A DNA stretch of 64,000 nt from an uncultured Acidobacteriota bacterium (GCA_913043225.1 CAJWLU010000009.1:76162-140161); one strand, 5' to 3'. Shown: positions 49,642-59,276, counted from the first letter of the stretch. Made by a program: numbers and translations. The notes: a model not told the origin generated them from the letters alone.

Positions 49642-50646
49642 CTACCGCTCTGGTAGCTTCGTGACCTTCTGGGTGTTCAGGTTTCGCGCGCCAGCCATGA
49701 TCCCGGTCAGGCCGTAGTTTCCCTCGTGGCAGGCGTATTCGTAGATCGGCCCGTCGGTGCGTCGGAAGGGGATGGCGGCCGACCAGGGCTGGGTGTAGTT
49801 GTTCGGATCCCCGATCGTGAACTCGTACATGACCGTGTCTAGGTCTAGGCGCGTGAACCGCTCGATCAGGTGGGTATCTTGCGACGACCCTCGGAAGTTG
49901 GTGGCCTGACGGAAGTTCTTGGTCGCGATCACTAACGTCTCACCCTCCCAATGGGCGCGTGAGTCGCCGCTCCATTGCCGGATGTCGCTATGCTCGGGGT
50001 TCTCGCTGATAGGAATGATCCGGGTGTTGTGAATGTGCTCGTTGGTGATGGTGAGGTAACCCGGAACCTGGAGGATAAGCACGTTGTTGTTGTACGACCC
50101 TGGTCGCATCGGCGGACCAGCGTTCGATCCCATCATGCAGCGGTCGCCCAGGGTGCGATCCAGGTAGTGGTCGGCGAAGCCGTTCCTGACGTTCAGGCGT
50201 CGGATCTGGGCGTCTACCCGGAATTCGTCCGTGTAGGGGATCCGGCCGCTCGGCGGATCGGTGACAAGGGACGTCCGCTTGTCACTGGTTAGCTCGATGC
50301 CGCGTTCGTACCAGAACTCGTTGTATGAGAGTACGCCGCCCTCCTCGCGTGACTGATATCCGGCGCTCGGTGCACCCGTCTCCGGGTCGAAGAGATCCCG
50401 GTTCAGCCGGGTGCGCTCCGACGCCTCGAAGGCGGCAGCCTCTTCCGTGCCAAGCCGATCTTTGCCTTCCAGCGAGCCCGGGCGCTCGAGCGGCGTCAAA
50501 GTCCGGAACGTGAAAATTCCGGAGATGTCCGGTTGGCCATCCGGTGTTCGCATCGGCATGCCGTCACCGCCCGACTGGGCCAGCGCTGGGCTAGCAGCCA
50601 CCAGAGCTAGAAGGAGTCCGCACGCCGTGGCTCGGATCGCACGCAT
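49642..50646 (-). CDS. Secreted hypothetical protein, PDLQGVW/ACHEGN family (copy 3)
   Basis: RTPDGQPDISG, YNEFW, DRC..G.NAGPP, YNNN, GDSRAHWEG, EYACHEGNY. Confidence 0.8.
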   Translation of the reverse strand: MRAIRATACGLLLALVAASPALAQSGGDGMPMRTPDGQPDISGIFTFRTLTPLERPGSLEGKDRLGTEEAAAFEASERTRLNRDLFDPETGAPSAGYQSREEGGVLSYNEFWYERGIELTSDKRTSLVTDPPSGRIPYTDEFRVDAQIRRLNVRNGFADHYLDRTLGDRCMMGSNAGPPMRPGSYNNNVLILQVPGYLTITNEHIHNTRIIPISENPEHSDIRQWSGDSRAHWEGETLVIATKNFRQATNFRGSSQDTHLIERFTRLDLDTVMYEFTIGDPNNYTQPWSAAIPFRRTDGPIYEYACHEGNYGLTGIMAGARNLNTQKVTKLPER

Positions 50647-50775
50647 TAGTTCCTCCAGGTCAACAGGGGAGTTCGCTGTGATCGCGCCATCCTACCAATG
50701 GTCAGGCGCCGGTTCCAAGTGCGGGGCAGTTGCGGGCTGCGGTAGCATGGACTGGAATTCCAAGCGGGAGGAGCG

Positions 50776-51282
50776 GTGACCACACGGATTCTCTGGATCT
50801 CTGGACTGGCGGCCGTCGTGCTAGCTGGCGGACCGTCGTTCGCGGCGGCCCAGGGACCGAGCGACGCGAACATCCGAGCGGGGCGGCGAATCTACACCCA
50901 GAAGGCGGACTGTCAGGCGTGTCACGGTTGGTCTGGTGACGGCGTGAGGATGGATCCCCAGTCGCCGGACGGCGCGAACCTCCGCGTGTCGACACTGGAT
51001 CGCGACCAGCTCATCTTCGTGATCAAGTGCGGGTTGCCCGGTCGCGATATGCCGGCGTTCGACCGACTGTCTTACTCGGACGACCGGTGCCTTGGCCGGA
51101 CGCAGGCAGACCTGGACCGCATGGGACTGAGGCTTCCGGACCCGGCCGCCACGCTGCAGAACCGCGAGGTTGAGCGACTGGCTGACTTCTTGCTAGCGAA
51201 GGTCGTCGGGCAGGGAGAGATGACCCGTGAGAAGTGTGTCGACTTCTGGGGCGAAGAAGTCGACGTCTGCAACGAGTTCTAG
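50776..51282 (+). CDS. Mono-heme cytochrome c
   Basis: Signal peptide, CQACH, MPAF, four extra Cys; RBS GAGGAG. Confidence 0.85.
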   Translation: MTTRILWISGLAAVVLAGGPSFAAAQGPSDANIRAGRRIYTQKADCQACHGWSGDGVRMDPQSPDGANLRVSTLDRDQLIFVIKCGLPGRDMPAFDRLSYSDDRCLGRTQADLDRMGLRLPDPAATLQNREVERLADFLLAKVVGQGEMTREKCVDFWGEEVDVCNEF

Positions 51283-51289
51283 TCGAGTG

Positions 51290-51440
51290 GCTTTAGGGAC
51301 AGGCGACATCTGAGCACGGTGAGGTGCACGCAGTGGTGGCGTTGGTCGCGGGTAGCCTGCTGGTGGCGGCTCCTGCCTCGGCCCAGCGGAACAGTCTCTT
51401 GCTCGAGCTGCCGCAGCAGGTTTTCAGCCGCTGGTACGGC
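51290..51440 (-). pseudogene. Possible DDE transposase C-terminal remnant
   Basis: ENLLRQLEQ...LGRGRSRH...HH.VHLTVL loosely resembles the IS4/IS701 YREK region; weak. Confidence 0.2.
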
Positions 51441-51504
51441 TTTCCTCTTAGCTTTCTCGGCTCCGAGGTCCACAGACGGTAGAGCGGGTCTTTAGGTCGG
51501 CCGA

Positions 51505-53268
51505 TTAGCGCTCATCCAGCGCGAAGACGAACAGGTAGCTCGATGTCTCCAGGTTGTCGTACTTGACCGGATGCAGGTGGCGCCCGCTCGATTGCACGGC
51601 CAGATACTGGCGCGGTCCGATCGAGTAGGTCACCGGCGCGCCTTTGAGCGGCGTGCCCACGTTGAAGCGCCAGAGCTCTTCCAGTGTCTCGTCGTTGTAG
51701 GCGACCACCCAGCCGTCCTGGAGGGCGGTGAACACCAGTTCGCCGGCGGTGGCGACCACGCCAGAGCGGATCTCGATGTCGGTCACTGCCTTGCCGATTA
51801 CTTCGTGACTGACTGCGTCGACTGCAGTCAGTGCGCCGTAGTAGAGGTCGCTGTCGGTCTCCCGACGCTCGCTGTTGCGGACGTCCACGTTGCCGTCGGG
51901 CGACACAGGAACCATCTCGGCGCCAGTCTGTGAGAAGCAGCCCTCGGTACCCACGCCGTAGGCGATGTGCTTGACCGGGTTGTAGGCGAGCGGCTGATGG
52001 GCGACGCCGCCGTGCCAGGTCGGGCAGGTCCGCTTCATCTCGTCACGGTCGCTGCGCAGGGCGCGCGCCTCTGGATTGTATATCTGTACATCCAGGTTCG
52101 GGTCGTACTCGAGCGGCATACCGGTTTCGGAGTTCAGCCCGGCGGTCCAGTTCAGGTCGTTGACGTATTTGTTTCCGCGGATGAAGCTGCCGTCGGTCCG
52201 GTCGAGCGTGTAGTAGAAGCCGTTGCGCCCGAAGTGGGAAACTACCTTGCGGAGCTCGCCGTCTATCTCCAGGTCGTAGAGCATGTGCACGCCCACCTCG
52301 TCGTAGTCCCACGAGTCATTGGGCGTGTACTGGAAGTGCCACTTGAGTTCCCCGGTGTCGACGTCAAGCGCCACCGCGGAGTTGGTATACAGGTTGTCGC
52401 CTGGCCGATACTCGGCGTCATAGGCGGGGAAAGGGTTGCCGGTGCCGACGATGTAGAGGTTCTGCTCGGCATCGTAGGCCCCGGTCTGCCAGATACCACC
52501 CCCGCCCGTCTTCCAGGCGTTGTGGTTGTCCTTCCAGGTTTCGCTGCCAGGCTGACCCGGCTCTGGCACCACATACCAGCGCCACAGCTCTTCGCCGGTG
52601 TCGACGTCGAGCGCGGCCACCCAGCCTCGGGTGCCCCCGTCGCCAGCGCCGTTCTGCACCAGTACTTTACCGTTGGCCACGAGGGGCGCGGTGAGGAAGC
52701 GTTCCCGCCGGCCAAATTCGTTCTGTCCGGCGACTTCGACGTCCCAGATGATCTCGCCGTTGTCTCGATCGACCGCAATGACCCGTCCGTCGGGAAGGTT
52801 GTTGATCACCTTGTCTTCCCAGAGTGCGATTCCCCGGGTGCGGGAGGTGTTACCTTCGTGGTCTACGCCGGGGTCGGCGATCCACACGAAGTCGCCATAA
52901 TCCGGGTTCCGGGCGTCGATCTTGTAGATGGTGCCCCAGCCGTCGGCCGTGTACATGAAGCCGTTGTCGATGAGCGGGTTGACCTCGCTCTCGGGGCCGT
53001 TCCGTCCGGTGTCCTGCATGCCGCCCAGCGCCAGCGCCCACACCATCCGGAGGTCGGAGACGTTCTCTCGGTTGATCTGAGTGAGCTTCGAGTAGCGTGT
53101 CGCCTCGTAGTTCCCGTTCATGTGGAGCCAGTTCTGCGGCTCGTTCCCGGCATTGATCAGGCGATCGAAGTTGACCGTGAGGCTGTACTGCCCCTCAACG
53201 GTGATGGCGAGGGCAGCGATGACCGCTGCGCAGGCGAGCAGCCGATTCAGCCTGAAATGCTGGCGCAT
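51505..53268 (-). CDS. Secreted PQQ-type alcohol dehydrogenase-like protein
   Basis: RYSKLTQIN, WKTGGG, TGNP, GDNLYTNS, PNDSWDYDE, RNGFYY. Confidence 0.85.
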   Translation of the reverse strand: MRQHFRLNRLLACAAVIAALAITVEGQYSLTVNFDRLINAGNEPQNWLHMNGNYEATRYSKLTQINRENVSDLRMVWALALGGMQDTGRNGPESEVNPLIDNGFMYTADGWGTIYKIDARNPDYGDFVWIADPGVDHEGNTSRTRGIALWEDKVINNLPDGRVIAVDRDNGEIIWDVEVAGQNEFGRRERFLTAPLVANGKVLVQNGAGDGGTRGWVAALDVDTGEELWRWYVVPEPGQPGSETWKDNHNAWKTGGGGIWQTGAYDAEQNLYIVGTGNPFPAYDAEYRPGDNLYTNSAVALDVDTGELKWHFQYTPNDSWDYDEVGVHMLYDLEIDGELRKVVSHFGRNGFYYTLDRTDGSFIRGNKYVNDLNWTAGLNSETGMPLEYDPNLDVQIYNPEARALRSDRDEMKRTCPTWHGGVAHQPLAYNPVKHIAYGVGTEGCFSQTGAEMVPVSPDGNVDVRNSERRETDSDLYYGALTAVDAVSHEVIGKAVTDIEIRSGVVATAGELVFTALQDGWVVAYNDETLEELWRFNVGTPLKGAPVTYSIGPRQYLAVQSSGRHLHPVKYDNLETSSYLFVFALDER

Positions 53269-53333
53269 GCCGAATTCTCCTTAGCTAACGATGACGGCCA
53301 TAGCTTACACCGGCTGCTCGGCCAGGCTGTCGT

Positions 53334-54425
53334 CTAGCCCAGCATTTGCACCAAGGTGAGCAGGATGCCGCCCGCGATCACCGAGCCGAGCTGACCGGCC
53401 GTGTTGGCGCCCATCGCGTGCATCAGGACGTGGTTGGTGAAGTCTTCTTCCTGGGCCACCTTCTGGACGAGTCGGCCGCTCATCGGGAAGGCGCTGATTC
53501 CGGCCGCTCCGACGAGCGGATTGACCTTGCCTCTGGTGACGGTCGCCAGAACCTTGCCGAAGATGATGCCAGCCACGGTGTCGAAGGCGAAGGCGATTAG
53601 GCCCAGCAGCAGGATAAAGAGCGTCTGCTGCTGAAGGAACGTGTCAGCCTGCATCAGGCTACCGACGGTCAGACCCAAGAAGATTGTAGAGAGGTTCGCC
53701 AGTTCGTTCGACGCGGTGTTGGCTAGCTGGTTCACTACGCCCGATTCTTTTAGGAGGCTGCCGAACATCAGTGTCGCCACGAGTGGCGCCGAGGCTGGTA
53801 CCAGCATGCCGACCACGATTGTGACCACGATCGGGAACGCGATGACGGCACTGCGCGGCACCGGTCGAGGCGCGTACTCCATCCGGATGCGCCGCTCCTT
53901 ACTGGTCGTGAACATCCGCATCAGCGGCGGCTGGATGATCGGTACTAGGCTCATGTACGAGTAGGCGGTTACAGCGATGGCCGGCAGCAGCTCGGGCGCG
54001 AGTAACGACGACACGTAGATACTGGTGGGGCCGTCGATCGCGCCGATGACGGCAATCGACGCCGCCTCGTTGAGAGGGAAACCGACCACTGTCGCCAAGA
54101 TCAACGTGGCGAAGATACCGAGCTGTCCAGCGGCGCCCAGAACGGCGAATAGTGGCTGCGATAGCAGTGGACGGAAGTCCATCATCGCGCCGATGCCGAT
54201 GAAGATGAAGAGCGGAAAGAGCTCGGTGTCGATGCCGAAATCGAAGAGTAGCGCGAGCATGCCCTCCGGCTGGTTCATTGGCGAGTTTGGCAGGTTGCCG
54301 AGTAGGACACCGAAGCCGATCGGTAGTAGCAGCGTCGGCTCGTACTCCTTGCCGATGGCCAACCAGATAAGCAGGCCGCCGACGCCGAACATCAGGAGCG
54401 TTTCTGGTCCGATCGCGGGAATCAT
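53334..54425 (-). CDS. mmdB: Na+-translocating decarboxylase beta subunit
   Basis: EPTLLLPIGFG, FP..IF.GIGAM.DF, IGAIDGPT, YSYMSLVP, HAMGAN. Confidence 0.9.
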   Translation of the reverse strand: MIPAIGPETLLMFGVGGLLIWLAIGKEYEPTLLLPIGFGVLLGNLPNSPMNQPEGMLALLFDFGIDTELFPLFIFIGIGAMMDFRPLLSQPLFAVLGAAGQLGIFATLILATVVGFPLNEAASIAVIGAIDGPTSIYVSSLLAPELLPAIAVTAYSYMSLVPIIQPPLMRMFTTSKERRIRMEYAPRPVPRSAVIAFPIVVTIVVGMLVPASAPLVATLMFGSLLKESGVVNQLANTASNELANLSTIFLGLTVGSLMQADTFLQQQTLFILLLGLIAFAFDTVAGIIFGKVLATVTRGKVNPLVGAAGISAFPMSGRLVQKVAQEEDFTNHVLMHAMGANTAGQLGSVIAGGILLTLVQMLG

Positions 54426-54477
54426 GATCCGGTTCCGGGTTGGGTATAGGCTGGGGCGGTTTGCGACACGGAAGCGT

Positions 54478-54927
54478 CTAGGTTGGGACGAAGGTCACGA
54501 GCGGCTCGCCTTGAACCACGCGGCTACCTTCGGAGACGTGCACGTTGGCCACGGTACCGTCCCAGGGGGACCGAATTACGTTCATCATCTTCATCGCCTC
54601 GAGCGTTACCAGTTCGTCTCCGCGGCCGACCTTCTGGCCAGACTTCACCGACACGCTCGCCACGACACCTGGGATCGGTGCTGTCATTGCCTTTGGCCCG
54701 TCGACCGCGGGGGCGTCCCCAGAGGTCGCGAGCGGGTCAATGGGCGCTGCGGGCGCCGGACCAGGGGTGGGCGCCTCTTCGGCGGGCTCAGGCTCGTCTG
54801 GCCGCGCGGGTTCAACGTCGACCGAGAATGCGAATCCGCTCAGTCGGGCCGTGACCGGACGCGCGTCCGGGTCGTCGATCTCGACATCGTAGATACGACC
54901 GTCCACCGTGACCCGATATCGCTTCAC
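54478..54927 (-). CDS. mmdC: Biotin carboxyl carrier subunit
   Basis: LEAMKM biotinylation motif, Pro/Ala linker. Confidence 0.9.
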   Translation of the reverse strand: MKRYRVTVDGRIYDVEIDDPDARPVTARLSGFAFSVDVEPARPDEPEPAEEAPTPGPAPAAPIDPLATSGDAPAVDGPKAMTAPIPGVVASVSVKSGQKVGRGDELVTLEAMKMMNVIRSPWDGTVANVHVSEGSRVVQGEPLVTFVPT

Positions 54928-55298
54928 CGTCTCGTCCTCGCACGCGACCGGGGCTGGTTCAGCCGCCGGGTGTGATGCAGCCGACGCCAGTCGGTGTCGG
55001 CCGAGGTAACTAACGCAGCCGGACGTTCGGCCTGGGCGCAGGCGAGCGCCACGGCAATCGCCACCGCGCGGCGCTGGCGGTCACGCTCCGCCTCCTCTTT
55101 GTCCTCTCCGTCTGGCTCGGGCTCATCAGAGGCGGCGCTACTCTCGAGAGCTTCTGCTGCCGAAGAAACGGCGGCCGGTTTGAACAGCCACTGGGCGGTC
55201 AGCAGATACATCAGCCCGATGAGGCCGGCGAGCGCCATAAAGAGCAGCGCCGTGCCGATGGCCGAAATCTGCAGTACCGTCTCGAGCTGCGGCGTCAC
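54924..55298 (-). CDS. mmdD: OadG/MmdD-like small membrane subunit
   Basis: Single N-terminal TM helix, AVAIAVA, W near the C-terminus; operon position. Confidence 0.7.
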   Translation of the reverse strand: MTPQLETVLQISAIGTALLFMALAGLIGLMYLLTAQWLFKPAAVSSAAEALESSAASDEPEPDGEDKEEAERDRQRRAVAIAVALACAQAERPAALVTSADTDWRRLHHTRRLNQPRSRARTRR

Positions 55299-55332
55299 GC
55301 GTGTCTCCTGCCTTCTGCGTGTGACATCGAGC

Positions 55333-57273
55333 TCAGAGAGGAATATTCCCGTGCTTCTTCGGTAGCACCGGGGTCTGCTTGTCCCGCAGGAACTCCAGGG
55401 CGGCGGCCACCTTCATCCGCGTTTCTCTGGGATAGATGACATCGTCTATGTGACCAGATGACGCCGCGACGAACGGTGAGTTAAACCGTTCGGTGAACTC
55501 ATTCTCGAGTCGTTTCCGTTCGCTGTCCCGGGTGGCCGGATCAACCTTGGCCAGTTGGCGAGCGTACAGGATACTCACCGCGCCCTTGGGGCCCATCACG
55601 GCGATCTCGGCCGACGGCCAGGCCAGGCAGACGTCGGTCCTGATCATCTTGCTGCTCATCACGATGTAGGCGCCGCCGTAGGCCTTACGAAGAACCACCG
55701 AAATCTTGGGTACGGTGGCCTCGGAGTAGGCATAGACGATCTTAGCCCCGTGCCGGATGATGCCCTGGTGCTCCTGTCCGGCGCCAGGCAGGAAGCCGGG
55801 GCAGTCGACCAGCGTTACCAGAGGGATGTTGAACGCGTCGGCAAACCGAATGAACCGAGCGATCTTGTCCGACGAGTTGATGTCCAGCACCCCGGCCAGA
55901 TGCGACGGTTGATTGCCGATGCAGGCGATGACACGTCCCTGTAGCCGCGCGAAGCCAACCACGGCGCTGGGGGCGAAGTCGCCGTGAATTTCGAGGAACG
56001 AGTCACGGTCAGTGAATCCCCGGATGGCGTCCCGCATGTCGTAGGCCATTTCGGTCGAGGCTGGAATCAAGCGGTCGAGGGCCCCAACGTCCGGGTCGAG
56101 CCGCGCGTCGGGCTCTAGGTTCGGCGGATCGTCTGCGTTGTTCGACGGAAGATACCCCAGCAGCTGCCGAGTAAAGGCGAAGGCGCCGTTCTCGTCTTCG
56201 GCCACGTAATGGGCGACGCCGGAGGTGCCGGCATGGACCTGAGCGCCTCCAAGGGTCTCGGCATCGACCTCTTCGCCGGTGACGGTCTTGATGACGTCCG
56301 GGCCAGTGATGAACATGTAGCTGCTGCCGCGTGTCATCACGACGAAGTCGGTCAGCCCTGGCGAATAGACGGCACCCCCGGCGCATGGCCCGAGCATGAG
56401 GCTGATCTGGGGCACCACGCCGCTTGCCTGGGTGTTACGCCAGAACAGGTCGCCGAATCCGGCTAGGCTCCAGACTCCCTCCTGGATCCGAGCGCCGACC
56501 GAGTCCAGCAGGGCGACGATCGGGAGGCCAGCGCTCGTCGCCGATTCGAGTAGTCTCGACAGCTTCTGCGCCTGAACCTCGGAGAACGAGCCGCCCATCA
56601 CCGTAAAGTCCTGGGCGAAGACGGCCACTCGCCGGCCGTGAATCAACCCGAAGCCGGTCACGATGCCGTCTCCAGCGTAACGCTGCTTCTCGAGTCCGAA
56701 ATCGCTGTGTCGGTGTTCGATGTAGGGCGCGATCTCCTCGAAGGAGCCGTTGTCCAGCATCCTCGTGATCCGTTCGCGAGCCGTCAGCTTTCCACGGGCA
56801 TGCTGGGCGTCGATACGCTTTTGCCCGCCCCCCAGGCGTACCTCTGCTCGTCGTAGCGCCACGGGGTCGTCTGGTGACGGCGGCGTCTCGGGTGCTTCGG
56901 GCTCTGTGGGTGGCGCGGGCGCTAGCTCGGGGGCCGCGCTCGATGTGGCTGGGACCTCGGTCGTCGTCGGTGGTTCGGCCGGTGTCGACTTCGACCGCAG
57001 GCTCACGTTCGGGTCGCCGGCCGAAGCGAGCGCTTGCTGTTCGCCCGCCTCGAGCGCCGGGCTCGCCGTCGGCGCCGTGGCGGCCTGCCTAGCCTTTCGG
57101 CGTCGTACCCAGGCCCGCAATGAGGCCCACACCGCGGCGCCTGCTACGGTAGTGCCCACCGGGATGCCCAGAAGCTTGAGGGCGCTACCATCGGATGGAT
57201 CGCCCGCGGAGCGGGTCGCCGGGTGATCGGCGTCTGAGGCGGACGGCGTCGGGTCGACGGGTGAATCAGCCAT
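55333..57273 (-). CDS. mmdA: Acyl-CoA (methylmalonyl-CoA-type) carboxyltransferase with N-terminal hydrophobic and Pro/Ala extension
   Basis: QHARGKLTARER, DFTVMGGS, GARIQEG, GPCAGGAVYSP, RKAYGGAY, KKHGNIPL. Confidence 0.85.
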   Translation of the reverse strand: MADSPVDPTPSASDADHPATRSAGDPSDGSALKLLGIPVGTTVAGAAVWASLRAWVRRRKARQAATAPTASPALEAGEQQALASAGDPNVSLRSKSTPAEPPTTTEVPATSSAAPELAPAPPTEPEAPETPPSPDDPVALRRAEVRLGGGQKRIDAQHARGKLTARERITRMLDNGSFEEIAPYIEHRHSDFGLEKQRYAGDGIVTGFGLIHGRRVAVFAQDFTVMGGSFSEVQAQKLSRLLESATSAGLPIVALLDSVGARIQEGVWSLAGFGDLFWRNTQASGVVPQISLMLGPCAGGAVYSPGLTDFVVMTRGSSYMFITGPDVIKTVTGEEVDAETLGGAQVHAGTSGVAHYVAEDENGAFAFTRQLLGYLPSNNADDPPNLEPDARLDPDVGALDRLIPASTEMAYDMRDAIRGFTDRDSFLEIHGDFAPSAVVGFARLQGRVIACIGNQPSHLAGVLDINSSDKIARFIRFADAFNIPLVTLVDCPGFLPGAGQEHQGIIRHGAKIVYAYSEATVPKISVVLRKAYGGAYIVMSSKMIRTDVCLAWPSAEIAVMGPKGAVSILYARQLAKVDPATRDSERKRLENEFTERFNSPFVAASSGHIDDVIYPRETRMKVAAALEFLRDKQTPVLPKKHGNIPL

Positions 57274-57284
57274 GTAACCGGGCA

Positions 57285-57290
57285 ATTATA
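57285..57290 (-). promoter_or_regulatory. -10 box of the decarboxylase operon
   Basis: TATAAT on the minus strand 11 nt upstream of ATG 57273. Confidence 0.5.
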
Positions 57291-57362
57291 GCGGTTGCGG
57301 CTTTCCGCCGGTGGGTTGATCCGCTCGGTTCGGACGGAGAACCAGTCTGGGACTGCGTCCCC

Positions 57363-58301
57363 TCAGTCGCTGTACTCCTCGTACACAATCGGCAGCAGAT
57401 CCACAGCCGTCCACGAAGGTACCCCGCCCCAGCGCTCGTCGAGGTGCGCGGTAGGCCTGGCCGCCAGTACCTCGTCGAGGCTCGCGCCATTACTGATGAG
57501 CGTCTGCACCCGGTCGCGGATGTCGGTCATCATCCCGAGCACCTCTTCGAGACCCGCCTGGTCCGTGAAGCCGAACCCGTGGCCTGGAATGACTTTGGTC
57601 TCGGACCCGGCCAAGTCGATGGCCAGCTCAATGGCCTCGACCATGCCGCTGAAGGTGCCGCCGTTGCGCACGTCGACAATCGGATACATGTTGGTGCGAA
57701 ACACGTCGCCGGTGTGCAGTACGTCGGCCGAGGGGAAGTAGACGAAGCTGTCGCCGCCAGTGTGTGAGGGAGGGACCAGGAAAGATCGCACTGCTTCACC
57801 ATTGACGTGAAAGGTGATCTCCTTGTCGTAGGTCACCACTGGCCGTGCTTCGGGCGGCGGCTGGTCGAAGAACACACCGCCCCGTCGCGGAATGCGGATG
57901 CGGTCGAGCATCTGCTCACGCACCAGATCGTGCGCAAAGATCAGCACCCCGTGGTCGGCCAGCTCGGCGTTGGCCCCGATGTGATCCGGGTGGATGTGGG
58001 TGTTGATCAGGAAGCGGATGGACTCGTCGGTAAGTCCGGAGAGCGCGTCCAGGATCGGCTGACTCTCGGCCGAGAACTGCGCATCGACGAGTAGGACGCC
58101 GTCCGGGCCGATGAGGGCGCCGAGATTGCCGCCTGCCGTCGGGGTCTGCAGTGTGTAAACGTCGCCGGAGACGTGGATGGCTTCGAGCGGCGGTGGGGTC
58201 GCTGGTTGGGCACCGGCGGTCAGTGAGGGCCCAGCCCCGACCAGTAACAGCGCGGCCGCCACAGCCATCAGGCTGCACAGGGCCGTGATTCGTATCAACA
58301 T
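57363..58301 (-). CDS. Secreted MBL-fold metallo-hydrolase
   Basis: NTHIHPDHIG, HTGGD, HTGD, IPGHG. Confidence 0.9.
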   Translation of the reverse strand: MLIRITALCSLMAVAAALLLVGAGPSLTAGAQPATPPPLEAIHVSGDVYTLQTPTAGGNLGALIGPDGVLLVDAQFSAESQPILDALSGLTDESIRFLINTHIHPDHIGANAELADHGVLIFAHDLVREQMLDRIRIPRRGGVFFDQPPPEARPVVTYDKEITFHVNGEAVRSFLVPPSHTGGDSFVYFPSADVLHTGDVFRTNMYPIVDVRNGGTFSGMVEAIELAIDLAGSETKVIPGHGFGFTDQAGLEEVLGMMTDIRDRVQTLISNGASLDEVLAARPTAHLDERWGGVPSWTAVDLLPIVYEEYSD

Positions 58302-58514
58302 CGGTCATACCCTATCGAATCGCTGCCGATGGGGCTATCAGATGCTCTGAGGCGACCGAAATCAGTTGCGGGCGACCGACCAGGTCCTACGAGAGGATAA
58401 GCCCTAGCCCGGTTTTTCTCACAACGGTGCCGGAGGGGTGCTCGCCTTGTACCCGCTTATGGCACTTCCCCCAGGGGGTGCTTCGTCACGGCGCGGAGCA
58501 TGACTTGTCGGGGC

Positions 58515-59255
58515 TTAGTGAGCCTCCCGCCACAACCACACCACGTCGATCAGAAACGAGCAGAGCAGCAACACTAGCGCGGTCGCAGCTGCCACGGTGG
58601 CAAGTGGCAACGGGATGATGGGGCCCAGAGCGATCAGGAGCGCCACGCCCTGCATCACGCACCCGGCCTTGCGTCGAAACCGCTCCGGAAGCGGGGCGGT
58701 CAGCCAGCGCCAGATCCCGCCCGCTGCGAAGAAGACGTAGCGGGGTAGGCCGAGGAGTACTACCCAGCCGTCCACCCGCCCGCTACGCCATACGAGGGTC
58801 GCCAGCACCAACATCAGGAACGAGTCGAGCTCCATGTCGAACCGTGCCCCGAATGGCGTGGCCGAGCCGGTGCGGCGAGCCACTTGGCCGTCGAAGCCGT
58901 CCATGACCAGAGCCATGGTGGCAACGGCAATGATCCACCAGGCGCCCTGGATGGACGACGCGACCGAGTAGGGGATGCTCGCCGCTAGTGCCAGCACGAG
59001 CCCGGCCCGGGCGAGGGTCACCAGATTGGCTGGCCCGAGTCCCTGGTGCGGGCCGGACGGGGCGAGGCGATACAGGACGATCCCGAGCATCGCGTAGAGC
59101 ACCAGCGCCAGCAGTAGATAGCTAGCCGGAAGGACGAACCACGACGCGGTGGTGCCAGCCGCCGCCACCAGCGGTCCGAGCCCGAGACCGAGCTCGGTTA
59201 GGCGGCGACCAGGGGAAGCCTCGGTGGCAGTCTTGTGGTGGGCGTCGGCGCTCAT
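58515..59255 (-). CDS. CDP-alcohol phosphatidyltransferase family protein
   Basis: GPANLVTLAR, DGFDGQVARR...FGARFDMELD. Confidence 0.9.
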   Translation of the reverse strand: MSADAHHKTATEASPGRRLTELGLGLGPLVAAAGTTASWFVLPASYLLLALVLYAMLGIVLYRLAPSGPHQGLGPANLVTLARAGLVLALAASIPYSVASSIQGAWWIIAVATMALVMDGFDGQVARRTGSATPFGARFDMELDSFLMLVLATLVWRSGRVDGWVVLLGLPRYVFFAAGGIWRWLTAPLPERFRRKAGCVMQGVALLIALGPIIPLPLATVAAATALVLLLCSFLIDVVWLWREAH

Positions 59256-59276
59256 GGGGTAAGGTTCCTCAACACC

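Noticed and set aside
58302..58514. Possible riboswitch upstream of the MBL gene
   Set aside because: Only a CTTATC fragment; the rest of the SAM-I or other consensus is absent
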